A DNA stretch of 64,000 nt from an uncultured Actinomycetota bacterium. GTDB lineage: Bacteria; Actinomycetota; Actinomycetes; JAFAQI01. Below the pieces are notes generated by a model. That model saw only the letters and a list, made by a program, of their open reading frames with translations, had not been told where the DNA came from and did not search any database. The position numbers were made by a program, and so were the translations under genes. Below, piece after piece: positions 53,888-64,000 of this stretch. Every line of letters starts with the position of its first letter. Within the stretch, counting starts at the first letter, position 1. The stretch is from contig CAWBLI010000008.1 in the NCBI GenBank assembly GCA_963789615.1, forward strand, positions 832,197 through 896,196, written 5' to 3'.

Positions 53888-53913
53888 TTTCATAGGAGAG
53901 GGCAAGACGACGA

Positions 53914-54666
53914 ATGACTGATCTAAGAGCCAAGACAGCTCTGGTCACGGGCTCGACGAGTCGTATCGGTAGAGCTACGGCTGTAGCCCTGGCTGCCCGC
54001 GGCGCCCACGTGCTGGTGGTCGGACGAGATGAACATCGAGCCAAAGACGTGGTCGCCGAGATTGAGGGCAGCGGCGGTAGCTCGACGTTCAGGCTCACCA
54101 CGCTGCGCGATCTCGAATCGGCCCGAGAGCTGGTCGAGTGGGCTACTGAGGCTGGCGACGGTCACGTCGACATCCTCATCAACAACACCGGCGTCGCTTT
54201 GCTCGGACCAAGCAACGCAGCCACCGAAGCAGAGTTCGACGAAACCTTCGACGTCAACGTCAAGGTCCCGTTCTTTCTCGTCGCGTCACTGGCACCAGGC
54301 ATGGCAGAACGCGGATGGGGCTCGATCGTCAACGTCAGCACGATGGTCGCCAGCTTCGGGCAGGCCGGCATGGCGATGTACGGCGCGAGCCGAGCAGCCC
54401 TCGAACTGTTGACGAAGGCCTGGGCCGCCGAATACGGCCCCAGTGGTGTTCGGGTCAACGCCGTTGCGCCCGGCCCGACGCGCACCCGGATGATGGAAGC
54501 AGTGCCTGAGGAGATGGTGACCTCACTCGCACTTCTCGCCCCAGCGGGTCGCGTCGCTGAGCCCGAGGAGCTTGCTGCCGCGATCGTCTTCCTCGCCAGT
54601 GACGATTCCAGCTTCGTCCACGGCGTCACTCTTGCCGTCGATGGAGGCCGAGTAGCGGCGCCGTAA
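53914..54666 (+). CDS. SDR-family oxidoreductase
   Basis: ALVTGSTSRIGRATAVALAARGAHV is the TGxxxxxG motif. NNTG and the YGASRAAL (YxxxK-like) region are also present. Confidence 0.9.
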   Translation: MTDLRAKTALVTGSTSRIGRATAVALAARGAHVLVVGRDEHRAKDVVAEIEGSGGSSTFRLTTLRDLESARELVEWATEAGDGHVDILINNTGVALLGPSNAATEAEFDETFDVNVKVPFFLVASLAPGMAERGWGSIVNVSTMVASFGQAGMAMYGASRAALELLTKAWAAEYGPSGVRVNAVAPGPTRTRMMEAVPEEMVTSLALLAPAGRVAEPEELAAAIVFLASDDSSFVHGVTLAVDGGRVAAP

Positions 54667-54741
54667 CGCCGGTCGGCGGTGACGTTTGAGAGTGACGGCC
54701 GAGAACACCAGATCACAAGTAACAACTGGGGGAGTACCCAC

Positions 54742-55062
54742 ATGAGCGCATACGTAGTTATCGCATTCACAGTCAAGGACCCGGATGTTTATCGAGACAA
54801 ATACGCCCCCATCGCTGGCCAGACAGCCAAAGAGCATGGAGGTGAGGTAATCGCCGCCGGTAACTGGGAAGTCCTGCACGGCGATGGCTCGCTCACTTCA
54901 GGAGCACTCGTGCGGTTTACCGACCGTGAGACGGCCCTCAGTTGGTACAACTCGCCCGAATATCAGCAGCTAATCGATGTCCGAAGCGTCGCGATGGACG
55001 CCCGCTTCAGCTTGCTCGATGGCCTCCCCACGCCCACAGAAGCCGCGAGGGAGTCCGAATGA
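54742..55062 (+). CDS. DUF1330 domain-containing protein
   Basis: MSAYVVIAFTVKDPDVYRDKYAPIAGQTAKEHGGEVIAAG...FTDRETALSWYNSPEYQQL. ATG 54742 follows GGGGGAG. Confidence 0.8.
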   Translation: MSAYVVIAFTVKDPDVYRDKYAPIAGQTAKEHGGEVIAAGNWEVLHGDGSLTSGALVRFTDRETALSWYNSPEYQQLIDVRSVAMDARFSLLDGLPTPTEAARESE

Positions 55063-55979
55063 GCGCGGTCCCGAGAAAGACGGCGCTCATCACGGGCGCC
55101 AACGCCGGGCTCGGCAAGGAGGTGGCCCGGCAACTGGCCTTACGTCCCGAGTTCGCCCGGATATATCTGGCGTGCCGGAACCGAGATCGAGCGAAGGCGG
55201 CAAAGGCCGAGCTTGAGTCCGCGACCGACCGGAAGATCTTCGACACCGTCCTCATGGACGTTGCCGATCAGAACTCGGTCCGCGCCGGCCTGGCGTCCTT
55301 CGAAGGGACGATCGACGCGCTGGTCATGAACGCGGGTGTCATCGGCCCGCAGACGCTGGACCTGACGGCAGACGGGGTCACCACCGTGTTCGCTACGAAT
55401 GTCCTTGGGCACGCCATCCTTCTCGAAGGGCTCCTGGCCGAGGGCCGCCTTGGCGAGGTTGCGGTGTTCGTCGGAAGTGAAGCAGTCGCCGGAGTTCCGA
55501 AGTTGGGGATGAAGCGGCCATCGTTCGTCTCAACCTCCGCCGACGAGCTCGCCACCGTCATCGACGGCAGCTACTTCGCCAGCCGAAAGCCTGACTTCAA
55601 CCTGGCCTTCGCGCAGGCGAAGTACATCGGCGCCCTCTGGATGGCCTCCCTCGCACGCCAGCACCCCGACCGTCGATTCATCACCGTGAGCCCCGGGAAC
55701 ACCACCGGCACCGGAGCCGCCAGCGGCCTTCCCCTGCCGATGCGGGTAGCGGCAAAGTACGTTATGCCCGCCCTAGGTCTCTCCCACAAGCTCGACGTGG
55801 GCGCGAAGCGGCTCGTCGACGGTGTCACCGACCGCGCCCTGTCCAGCGGCGTGTTCTACGCCAGCCCGCCGAACAAGTTGAAGGGTCCGTTGGTCAACCA
55901 GGCGGACATCTTGCCCGATTTGGCCAACACCGCGTTTCAGGACCACGCCAACGAGGCCATCCACCGCTTCATTTCATGA
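55059..55979 (+). CDS. SDR-family oxidoreductase (atypical, long)
   Basis: ALITGANAGLGKEVARQLA is the Rossmann motif. The ATG overlaps the DUF1330 stop (ATGA). Confidence 0.8.
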   Translation: MSAVPRKTALITGANAGLGKEVARQLALRPEFARIYLACRNRDRAKAAKAELESATDRKIFDTVLMDVADQNSVRAGLASFEGTIDALVMNAGVIGPQTLDLTADGVTTVFATNVLGHAILLEGLLAEGRLGEVAVFVGSEAVAGVPKLGMKRPSFVSTSADELATVIDGSYFASRKPDFNLAFAQAKYIGALWMASLARQHPDRRFITVSPGNTTGTGAASGLPLPMRVAAKYVMPALGLSHKLDVGAKRLVDGVTDRALSSGVFYASPPNKLKGPLVNQADILPDLANTAFQDHANEAIHRFIS

Positions 55980-56252
55980 CGGCACCTCGACCCGGGGACA
56001 CGTTTCACCTTGATCTCGGCGGGACTGCGATCGCCGGCCGCTCGCGTTTCGGTAGAGCGCTCACAGATGCCGATCAGGTAGGGGCCAGGTGCCCGGTCCG
56101 CGACAGCCTGGCGCTGGACCTCCTAGAAGCCCTACGCCCAAAGGTCGAGCAGCACGTCCTCGACCTGCTCGCGACCCGCCACTTCACGACCCGGACTCTC
56201 ACAAAAGCCGGCAGCGAGCCTGGCGGATCCTCGCGCTCGGAGCGTTCGTTTT

Positions 56253-56434
56253 CGATCTGAACATCGGGGTCTCGGTCAACCCGATGCGACTGTCACGAAG
56301 TCGTGGCCCAGGCGAAGAGACGGGGTGAGACGGCTGAACAACCGTTTGAACCGTTTGAACCCAAAATAAGCTCATGATCTTGGTCGACGTCGTCGCGGAC
56401 CGCTCTTCAGGAGCTGAAAGGCCAGGTCAGAATG
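56253..56434. repeat. flank repeat A2 immediately 3-prime of tRNA-Lys, similar to 40429-40632
   Basis: See A1. It contains a tandem ccgtttgaa x2 (56342-56360) and tgatcttggtc. Confidence 0.6.
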
Positions 56435-56436
56435 GG

Positions 56437-56509
<73 letters not shown>

Positions 56510-56554
56510 GTGACGGCCAGAGTATCAGTGGGCCTTCCGTGCCAGTCTGCCTGT

Positions 56555-56986
56555 GTGCACCCCACCGACCTGGCCCAACGCTGCGCCGACGTCATGTACG
56601 CCGCAGACACCGCGTCCCAACACCTCGGCATCACGGTCCACGACGTGGCGCCCGGCCATGCCATGGTCCAGATGCAGGTCTCGGACCAGATGCTCAACGG
56701 TCACGGCATCTGCCATGGCGGCTACGTCTTCACCCTCGCCGATACGGCGTTTGCCTTTGCCTGCAACACCTACAACGACGTGACCGTCGCCGCCGGTGCC
56801 GACATCAGCTTCCTCGAGCCGGTTGTCGCGGCCACCTCACTCACGGCCACCGCCCACGAGACGCATCGCCGCGGGCGGAGCGGGCTGTACGACGTCTCCG
56901 TGCGGACCGGCGAAGGGACGGTAGTTGCAGAGTTCCGGGGCCGCAGTCGCTCGTTGGGTCGACCACTGATAGACGAGGAGGCCTGA
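56555..56986 (+). CDS. paaI: hydroxyphenylacetyl-CoA thioesterase PaaI
   Basis: MLNGHGICHGGYVFTLADTAFAFACNT is the hotdog-fold PaaI motif. The ORF opens at 56510, abutting the tRNA, so I prefer the in-frame GTG at 56555. The start remains uncertain. Confidence 0.8.
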   Translation: MHPTDLAQRCADVMYAADTASQHLGITVHDVAPGHAMVQMQVSDQMLNGHGICHGGYVFTLADTAFAFACNTYNDVTVAAGADISFLEPVVAATSLTATAHETHRRGRSGLYDVSVRTGEGTVVAEFRGRSRSLGRPLIDEEA

Positions 56987-56991
56987 GCGCC

Positions 56992-57462
56992 ATGGCGCTC
57001 AGTGTCGAAGCCCGCGAACACATTGCCGCGTCTCCCGAGGCGCTCTACGACATGATCTCCGACCTGCCGCGCATGGGGGAGTGGTCGCCGGAGAACCACG
57101 GCGGCGAGTGGATCGGCGGCGCGACTGGCGCCGCGGTTGGCGCGAAGTTCCGCGGCCGGAACGTGCTCCGTTGGCGTCGGTGGAACACGATCGCCACCAT
57201 CGAGACCGCGGATCGGGGCCAGCGCCTGGCTTTCACGATCTCGGTCGCCGGCATCACCGGCGCCCGCTGGACCTACGAGTTCACCGCCGGCGGCGACGGC
57301 ACCGACGTCGTCGAGCGGTGGGAAGACCTCCGGATCGCGCCGCTGCGGGCGATCAGCGGGCTGCTCTCCGGAGCTCAGGATCGAGGCGCCCACAACCTCG
57401 AGGGAATCAAGCAGACCCTGGCCGCCCTCAAGCGATCAGCCGAAACTCAGACCGCGTCGTAG
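56992..57462 (+). CDS. SRPBCC family protein
   Basis: MALSVEAREHIAASPEALYDMISDLPRMGEWSPEN...ARWTYEFTAGGDGTDVVERWED. ATG 56992 is in frame with ORF 56539. Confidence 0.8.
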   Translation: MALSVEAREHIAASPEALYDMISDLPRMGEWSPENHGGEWIGGATGAAVGAKFRGRNVLRWRRWNTIATIETADRGQRLAFTISVAGITGARWTYEFTAGGDGTDVVERWEDLRIAPLRAISGLLSGAQDRGAHNLEGIKQTLAALKRSAETQTAS

Positions 57463-58514
57463 TCGACCACGACAGACGGCGTCGTCGGCCGCGATTGGCA
57501 GGTCAGCACGAATCCCGCATCGAGCTCCCACTGATCCAGTGCGTAGTTGACAGCCATCTCGACCGCCCCGCTCTCGACCTTGGCCCGACAGGTCGCGCAC
57601 ACCCCGCCCTTGCACGAGAACGGCATGTCCAGCCCGCTGCGCGACGCGGCCTCGAGCACGGTCTCGCCTGGCTCCGCCTCGACCCGGGTCCGGATCCCAC
57701 CCAGCACGACCTCGACCCGCACCCTCTCGCCATCCTCGCCGATCGCGCGGGCCGGAGGCGGCGTATGCGATCCGAACAGCTCGAGATGAACCCGCTTCTC
57801 CTCGACCCCGAGCTCGACGAGCGCCTTCCGGACCTCGAGTGTCATCGGCTCGGGCCCGCACACGAACGCCTCGTCGTACCCGGTCAGGTCGATCATCGAC
57901 TCACCGAGCTGGCGCAGCTTCTCGCCGGTGATTCGGCCATTGAGCAGCGGAGTCGACTGACTCTCGCGGCTGAAGACGTGAATCACTTGGAGTCGCTGCA
58001 GATAAAGGTCCTTGAGGTCGCTCAATGCCTCGCGAAAGATGATGGACGACGGCCCGCGGTTGCCGTAGAGCAGCGTGACGCGGCTCTCGGGTTCGCGCGC
58101 GAGGATGGTCCGGATCAGCGACAGGACGGGGGTGATGCCGCTGCCCGCCGCCACCATCAGGTAAGACGCTCCGCCAGGTCGGCCGATCGTCGTCGTGAAC
58201 CGGCCCAACGGGGGCAGCACCTCGACCGAGTCACCTACCTGCAGCCGGTCGTTCGCCAATACGCCGAACACGCCACCCTCGAGCCGCTTCACTGCGACCC
58301 GCAGCTCGCCGTCGTCGAGGCCGCTGCAGATCGAGTACGACCGACGTACCGGCGTGCCCTCGGAGTCCGGCACTCGGAAGGTGAGGAACTGGCCCGCAGC
58401 GAAGCGGAACTCGGCCGCGAGCCCGGTAGGGACGTCGAACGCGACCGACACGGTGTCGTCGGTCTCTCGCCGAACGTCGGCAACCCGAAGCGGGTGGAAC
58501 GTCTGGGTCGCCAT
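57447..58514 (-). CDS. paaE: phenylacetyl-CoA epoxidase reductase subunit PaaE
   Basis: It has an FNR-like domain (RRSYSICS, AAGSGITP) and a C-terminal plant-type 2Fe-2S motif CKGGVCATCRAKV...LTCQ. Confidence 0.9.
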   Translation of the reverse strand: MATQTFHPLRVADVRRETDDTVSVAFDVPTGLAAEFRFAAGQFLTFRVPDSEGTPVRRSYSICSGLDDGELRVAVKRLEGGVFGVLANDRLQVGDSVEVLPPLGRFTTTIGRPGGASYLMVAAGSGITPVLSLIRTILAREPESRVTLLYGNRGPSSIIFREALSDLKDLYLQRLQVIHVFSRESQSTPLLNGRITGEKLRQLGESMIDLTGYDEAFVCGPEPMTLEVRKALVELGVEEKRVHLELFGSHTPPPARAIGEDGERVRVEVVLGGIRTRVEAEPGETVLEAASRSGLDMPFSCKGGVCATCRAKVESGAVEMAVNYALDQWELDAGFVLTCQSRPTTPSVVVDYDAV

Positions 58515-59011
58515 CAGTGCCGCTTGAAGTAGTCGAAGGGCTCACGGCAGGACACGCAACGCCACAGCGCCTTGCACGGCGTCGAGCCGAAGCCGGCGAG
58601 CTCCTCCACGTCACGCGAGCCGCACTGCGGACACTGCTCGGGTACGCTGATCTCCAACAGCGGCAACGAAACCCGGCTTCCGATCGAGACCGTGGCGGCG
58701 GGCGGCGCGATGCCGAAATCGTGCAGCTTGGCCCTGGCCTGGTCACTGATCCAGTCGGTCGTCCACGCCGGCGCCAGCTGAGTGATGACATCGACCTCGT
58801 CGTACACCGATTCGAGCGCCGTCCGCACATCATGTGCGATGACCTCGGTCGCCGGGCAGCCCGAGTACGTCGGGGTGAGCGTCACCGTCACCCGGCGACC
58901 GTCGGCGGACTCCACCACGTCCCGCACGATGCCGAGGTCGACGACCGACAACGCCGGGATCTCGGGGTCAGGGACGGACTCCAGCAGCTGCATCGCCGAC
59001 GAGACGGTCAC
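58514..59011 (-). CDS. paaD: phenylacetyl-CoA epoxidase assembly subunit PaaD
   Basis: VPDPEIPALSVVDLGIVRDV...TPTYSGCPA... is followed by a C-terminal CPQCGS...CVSCREPFDYFK. GTG 59011 overlaps the paaC stop, and its own stop overlaps the paaE ATG. Confidence 0.88.
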   Translation of the reverse strand: MTVSSAMQLLESVPDPEIPALSVVDLGIVRDVVESADGRRVTVTLTPTYSGCPATEVIAHDVRTALESVYDEVDVITQLAPAWTTDWISDQARAKLHDFGIAPPAATVSIGSRVSLPLLEISVPEQCPQCGSRDVEELAGFGSTPCKALWRCVSCREPFDYFKRH

Positions 59012-59679
59012 CAGGTCGCCCCGGGATGCGCGCGGGCCAGCGACTGCATCTCGGCGAGCAGGATGCTCAGGTGCTCGGTGTGGCGACCCGTCGTCCCGCC
59101 CGTCTGCGACCAGGTGTCCGCGCCCGGCGTGGCCAGCGTCGCCTCTGCGAGCACGTCGCCGACCCGGTCCTGCCAACCATCGGTTGCGAGCTCGCCGCGG
59201 TAGGGCCACAGGTCGATGACTGCCTGCTGCATCCGCTGATGCGACTCCTCGGTGCCGTCGCCGAGCCTCACCACCCAGCCGCTGGAGTGCCGCAGATGAT
59301 ATGCGTTCTCCTTCATGGCTTTCTGGGCCACGCCACGCACTACGTCGTCTTCGGCGTCGGACCACGACAGCCAGAGATCGGCGAGCCACGCGTCGACGAA
59401 CAGCTGCCGAATCATCGCATTCCCGAAGTCGCCATTCGGCAGCTCGCAGATCAGGGGGTTGCGAAACTGTGAGCTGTCCCGGAAGTAGGCGAGCTCATCC
59501 TCGTCGCCGAGCGTGGAGTACAGCCCGCGCGCTTGGCCGAGCAGGTCGAGCGCGATGTTGCCGAGTGCGACGTCCTCTTCCATGGTCGGAGCCTTCGCCA
59601 CCCACTCTGAGAGCCGGTGCGAGTGCAGCAGGCAGGCGTCCGCGACGACGAGGACGTCGTCAGAGGTTGGCGACGCCAT
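59008..59679 (-). CDS. paaC: phenylacetyl-CoA epoxidase subunit PaaC
   Basis: ADACLLHSHRLSEWVAKAPTMEEDVALGNIALDLLGQARGLY is the typical PaaC N-terminus. Confidence 0.9.
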   Translation of the reverse strand: MASPTSDDVLVVADACLLHSHRLSEWVAKAPTMEEDVALGNIALDLLGQARGLYSTLGDEDELAYFRDSSQFRNPLICELPNGDFGNAMIRQLFVDAWLADLWLSWSDAEDDVVRGVAQKAMKENAYHLRHSSGWVVRLGDGTEESHQRMQQAVIDLWPYRGELATDGWQDRVGDVLAEATLATPGADTWSQTGGTTGRHTEHLSILLAEMQSLARAHPGATW

Positions 59680-59944
59680 CAGGCACCTCGTAGAACGTGG
59701 GATGCCGGTAGATCTTGTCCATCGCCGGCTCGAACAGCTCGGAGCGATCGCCCGGGTCGCTCGCCGTGATCGCCGCCGACGGCACTACCCAGATGCTGAC
59801 GCCCTCGCCGCGGCGGGTGTAGACGTCGCGCGCGTTGTCGACCGCCATCGTCGCGTCGTCGGCGTGCAGGCTCCCGACGTGCTGGTGGTGCAACCCGTTG
59901 CGGCTGCGGATGAAGACCTCCCACAGGGGAGTGTCCGGGCTCAT
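59660..59944 (-). CDS. paaB: phenylacetyl-CoA epoxidase subunit PaaB
   Basis: [55 protein letters not shown]. The ATG overlaps the paaA stop (ATGA). Confidence 0.92.
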   Translation of the reverse strand: MSPDTPLWEVFIRSRNGLHHQHVGSLHADDATMAVDNARDVYTRRGEGVSIWVVPSAAITASDPGDRSELFEPAMDKIYRHPTFYEVPDGVANL

Positions 59945-60873
59945 GCGACCGCCACCTGCGCGCGCTGCTTCTCGGCGTACGCCGCTGCGGCCTCGCGCAC
60001 CCAGCCGCCGTCCTCGTGCGCCTTGCGACGGTTGCCCAGTCGCTCCGCGTTGCACGGCCCGTTGCCCTTCACGACCGACATGAACTCGTCCCAGTCCGGC
60101 TCGCCGAACGACCAGTGCCCGGAGGTGTCGTCGTACCGGAGCTCGGGATCGGGCACCGTCAGCCCGAGGAAGTGCGCCTGCGGGACGGTCGCGTCGACGA
60201 AGCGCTGCCGCAGCTCGTCGTTGCTGAACCGCTTGATCCGCCACGCCATCGACTGGGCGCTGTTGGGGGAGGCGTCGTCGTTCGGGCCGAACATCATGAG
60301 CGACGGCCACCACCAGCGGTCGAGGGCGTCCTGCGCCATCGCTCGCTGCCCATCGGTGCCTCGGCACAGCGTGACGAGGATGTCGAAGCCTTGCCGCTGG
60401 TGGAAGGACTCTTCCTTGCAGATCCGCGTCATCGCCCGGGCGTAGGGGCCGTAGGAGCAGCGGCACAGCGGCACCTGGTTCATGATCGCGGCGCCGTCGA
60501 CGAGCCAACCGATCGCACCGATGTCGGCCCACGTCAGGGTCGGGTAGTTGAAGATGCTCGAGTACTTCGCCCGGCCATCGAGCAGCTGGTCGACCATCTC
60601 CTCGCGACTGGTGCCCAGGGTCTCGCCGGCCGAGTAGAGGTAGAGGCCGTGGCCCGCCTCGTCCTGGACCTTGGCAAGCAGCACTGTCTTGCGCTTGAGG
60701 CTCGGCGCGCGGGTGAGCCAGTTGCCTTCCGGCTGCATCCCGATGATCTCGGAGTGCGCGTGCTGGGAGATCTGGCGAACCAGCGTCTTGCGATAGGCCT
60801 CGGGCATCCAGTCGTTGGGCTCGACCTTCGTCTCAGCCGCGACCTTCGCCTCGAACTCCGCCTGCTGATCCAC
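59941..60873 (-). CDS. paaA: phenylacetyl-CoA epoxidase catalytic subunit PaaA
   Basis: The diiron carboxylate motifs are ...QHAHSEIIG...DEAGHG...EESFHQRQG... Confidence 0.95.
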   Translation of the reverse strand: MDQQAEFEAKVAAETKVEPNDWMPEAYRKTLVRQISQHAHSEIIGMQPEGNWLTRAPSLKRKTVLLAKVQDEAGHGLYLYSAGETLGTSREEMVDQLLDGRAKYSSIFNYPTLTWADIGAIGWLVDGAAIMNQVPLCRCSYGPYARAMTRICKEESFHQRQGFDILVTLCRGTDGQRAMAQDALDRWWWPSLMMFGPNDDASPNSAQSMAWRIKRFSNDELRQRFVDATVPQAHFLGLTVPDPELRYDDTSGHWSFGEPDWDEFMSVVKGNGPCNAERLGNRRKAHEDGGWVREAAAAYAEKQRAQVAVA

Positions 60874-60944
60874 CCGTCCAATGTAACGCTTCGCCGCACA
60901 TCAAGCAATCTTGTGTCACATCCGGTACGACGAGCAACGTTCGA

Positions 60945-61418
60945 TCAGTCCGAGTCGTCGACCGATAGCAGCGGCACGAACCGCAGGGGGATCTCGCTCG
61001 CCAGCACGATCACGGTCGATGCCCGAGCCACCTCCGGCGTGGAGACGACCAGGTCGATGACCCGCTGCAGGTCGGCGTTCGACCGGGCGACCAGGCGCAC
61101 GATCATGTCGGCCGCGCCGGTGATGGTGTGCGCCTCGAGCACCTCGGGGATACGACGCAGCGACGCCGCAACCGGACCGTGGCCGCGACCTTGGGTGATC
61201 TCGAGCGTCGCGAAGGCCGACACCGGGAACCCCAGCGCCGCCGGATCCACCGACGGTGCCCAGCCGGTGATCACCCCCGAGGCCTCGAGTCGGTCGAGCC
61301 GGGCCTGCACGGTGCCGCGGGCGACCCCGAGCCGGCGTGACGCCTCCAGAACACCAATGCGGGGATCGGCGGCAAACAGCAGCATGATTCGCCGGTCGAG
61401 GTCATCGAGACTGGACAT
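60945..61418 (-). CDS. Lrp/AsnC family transcriptional regulator
   Basis: MSSLDDLDRRIMLLFAADPRIGVLEASRRLGVARGTVQARLDRLEASGVI is followed by an RAM domain. The gene is divergent from hppD. Confidence 0.9.
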   Translation of the reverse strand: MSSLDDLDRRIMLLFAADPRIGVLEASRRLGVARGTVQARLDRLEASGVITGWAPSVDPAALGFPVSAFATLEITQGRGHGPVAASLRRIPEVLEAHTITGAADMIVRLVARSNADLQRVIDLVVSTPEVARASTVIVLASEIPLRFVPLLSVDDSD

Positions 61419-61432
61419 GTTGTACAGCCTAG

Positions 61433-62578
<1,146 letters not shown>

Positions 62579-62606
62579 GCCGCGCGGCACGGTAGACCTG
62601 TAGACC

Positions 62607-63662
62607 ATGAGCGTCCGTCTGCGCCCGGCCATGGGTGCGTTGCCGTCCTACGTCCCGGGCCGCAAGCATCCGGGTGCCGTCATCCTCGCCAGCAACGAGT
62701 CACCGTTCGGGCTGCTGCCCTCGGTCAAAGAGGTAATCGGCGGCCTCACCGACGGGGTCTCGCGCTACCCGGACATGGCGTCGGCGCGGCTCATCGACGC
62801 CATCGCCGCTCACCACGATGTCGACCCGTCGCGGATCGCGGTCGGTGCCGGCAGCGTCGAGGTGGTCGCCCAGCTGGCCAACGCCCTGGTCGACGCCGGT
62901 GACGAGGTCGTCTACGGCTGGCGGGCGTTCGAGGCCTACCCGATCATCACGGCAGTGGTGGGCGGCCAGTCGGTCCAGGTCCCGCTGACCGACCACACCC
63001 ACGACCTCGACGCGATGGCCGACGCAATAACGGATCGCACCCGGCTCGTTCTGGTCTGCAACCCCAACAACCCCACCGGTACGGCGGTCGGCGCCGAGGC
63101 GCTGACGACCTTCCTGGACCGGGTTCCCGACGACGTGGTCGTCGTCATCGACGAGGCCTACCGGCACTATGCCGACCCGGCTCTGATCCCGGACGCGCTG
63201 GCACTCTTCGGCGACCGCCCGAACGTCGTCGTCACTCGCACCTTCTCCAAGGCCTACGGGCTGGCGGGCCTGCGGGTCGGCTACTGCGTCGCCGCCCCCG
63301 AGCTGGCAGCGGCGGCCCGCAAGACCCAGACCCCGTTCAGCGTGAGCGGGCTCGCGCAGGAGTGCGCGATCGCCGCGCTCGGGGATGACGACGAGGTGGT
63401 ACGCCGGGCCGCGCTCACCGTCGCCGAGCGCGAGCGGGTCGCCAGCCGGCTGACCGAGCTGGGGTACGACGTGGCGCCGTCGCAGGCCAACTTCCTCTGG
63501 CTGGTGCTGGGCGATGCCGCTGTCGACCTCGCCGAGCAGGCCGCCGCGGCCGGGGTGATCGTCCGGCCGTTCCCCGGTGAAGGGGTGCGGCTCACGATCG
63601 GGCTACCGGAAGAGAACGACCGTTTTTTGGGCGTGGCGTCGGAGTGGGCAGCCGGGCGCTGA
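62607..63662 (+). CDS. class I/II (HisC-like) aromatic / histidinol-phosphate aminotransferase
   Basis: NESP, CNPNNPTG, IDEAY and TFSKAYGLAGLRVGY (PLP-Lys) are present. Its position next to hppD suggests aromatic amino-acid transamination. Confidence 0.88.
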   Translation: MSVRLRPAMGALPSYVPGRKHPGAVILASNESPFGLLPSVKEVIGGLTDGVSRYPDMASARLIDAIAAHHDVDPSRIAVGAGSVEVVAQLANALVDAGDEVVYGWRAFEAYPIITAVVGGQSVQVPLTDHTHDLDAMADAITDRTRLVLVCNPNNPTGTAVGAEALTTFLDRVPDDVVVVIDEAYRHYADPALIPDALALFGDRPNVVVTRTFSKAYGLAGLRVGYCVAAPELAAAARKTQTPFSVSGLAQECAIAALGDDDEVVRRAALTVAERERVASRLTELGYDVAPSQANFLWLVLGDAAVDLAEQAAAAGVIVRPFPGEGVRLTIGLPEENDRFLGVASEWAAGR

Positions 63663-63675
63663 CAGGCTCGTCGGC

Positions 63676-64000
63676 GTGACGATCCGAGCCCGGGCGCTGT
63701 GCACCGAGATCGTGCTCGTGTCCGGGCTGTTGGGCGCGCTGTTCCTGCTGGTCGCCGCGGTGCCCGGCTCCGGGTCGGTGACGGAGCACATCGTGCTCGG
63801 GCTGCTCGGCGCGGCGGCTGTCGTCGTCAGCCTTCGCATCGGGCGCGCCGGGGTGCACTTCGCGTCCGACAGCGTGACGATCCGCGGGCTGTCGACGACC
63901 GAGCGGCTGACCCGGGCAGGAGTCGTCGGGCTGGCGGTGCAACGGTTCTGGCGCGGCCGGCTGATGCGGCTCGCCGTCGTCCAGGTCGACGGCACCGTCT
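63676..64000 (+). CDS. hypothetical membrane protein, N-terminal part (runs off the right edge)
   Basis: Open frame from GTG 63676 to the window end. Two hydrophobic helices (IVLVSGLLGALFLLVAAV and IVLGLLGAAAVVVSL) and strong G/C third-position bias. Confidence 0.45.
   Translation, partial: MTIRARALCTEIVLVSGLLGALFLLVAAVPGSGSVTEHIVLGLLGAAAVVVSLRIGRAGVHFASDSVTIRGLSTTERLTRAGVVGLAVQRFWRGRLMRLAVVQVDGTV

Noticed and set aside
55976-56260. A 94-codon ORF whose ATG overlaps the SDR stop (ATGA).
   Set aside because: Third-position G/C bias is clearly weaker than in neighbouring genes and no motif is recognisable. Its 3-prime part runs into the A2 repeat. It is left uncalled, although a real small gene cannot be excluded.

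Overview
High-GC, actinobacterial-type chromosomal segment. I call about 60 protein-coding genes, one intact tRNA, two tRNA-derived fragments, several short repeat families and an unusually large number of interrupted genes. (1) 0-40 kb holds signalling and stress genes: an ECF sigma/anti-sigma pair, a Ser/Thr kinase, two EAL-only c-di-GMP phosphodiesterases, and PucR, LuxR, MarR and PAS-LuxR regulators. It also holds a compact proteostasis cluster: LuxR-STAS-small protein, BON, DUF1931, dnaK-grpE-cbpA/cbpM-clpB, an unknown membrane protein, DsbA-like plus AhpE-like peroxiredoxin, and hsp20 with a divergent HspR-like MerR regulator. Envelope-lipid genes follow (GT4 glycosyltransferase, membrane desaturase, acyltransferase-3/SGNH). 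(2) 40.6-56.5 kb is bounded by an intact tRNA-Lys(CTT) and a perfect 40-nt copy of its 3-prime half. It is subdivided by a tRNA-Arg(CCG)-like fragment and ~200-bp repeats. It carries oxidoreductase, TetR/SDR and SRPBCC genes plus many frameshifted or truncated genes (PoxB-like, MnhE-like, LysR relic), and I recognise no integrase. I read it as a tandem array of decayed integrative-element remnants. (3) 56.5-64 kb holds aromatic catabolism genes: paaI, paaABCDE, and Lrp-hppD-aminotransferase. Most interesting observations: the tRNA-fragment/repeat architecture; a palindromic motif shared by the hsp20 and DUF1931-dnaK upstream regions that is neither HAIR nor CIRCE; an in-frame CbpA-CbpM fusion; a frameshifted clpB; a pair of uncharacterised small paralogs inside the stress cluster; and an EAL protein with an unassignable 330-aa N-terminal domain. 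Many of the frame disruptions are single-base indels, so assembly error must be excluded first. All calls come from reading the sequence and the ORF track; no database search was run.
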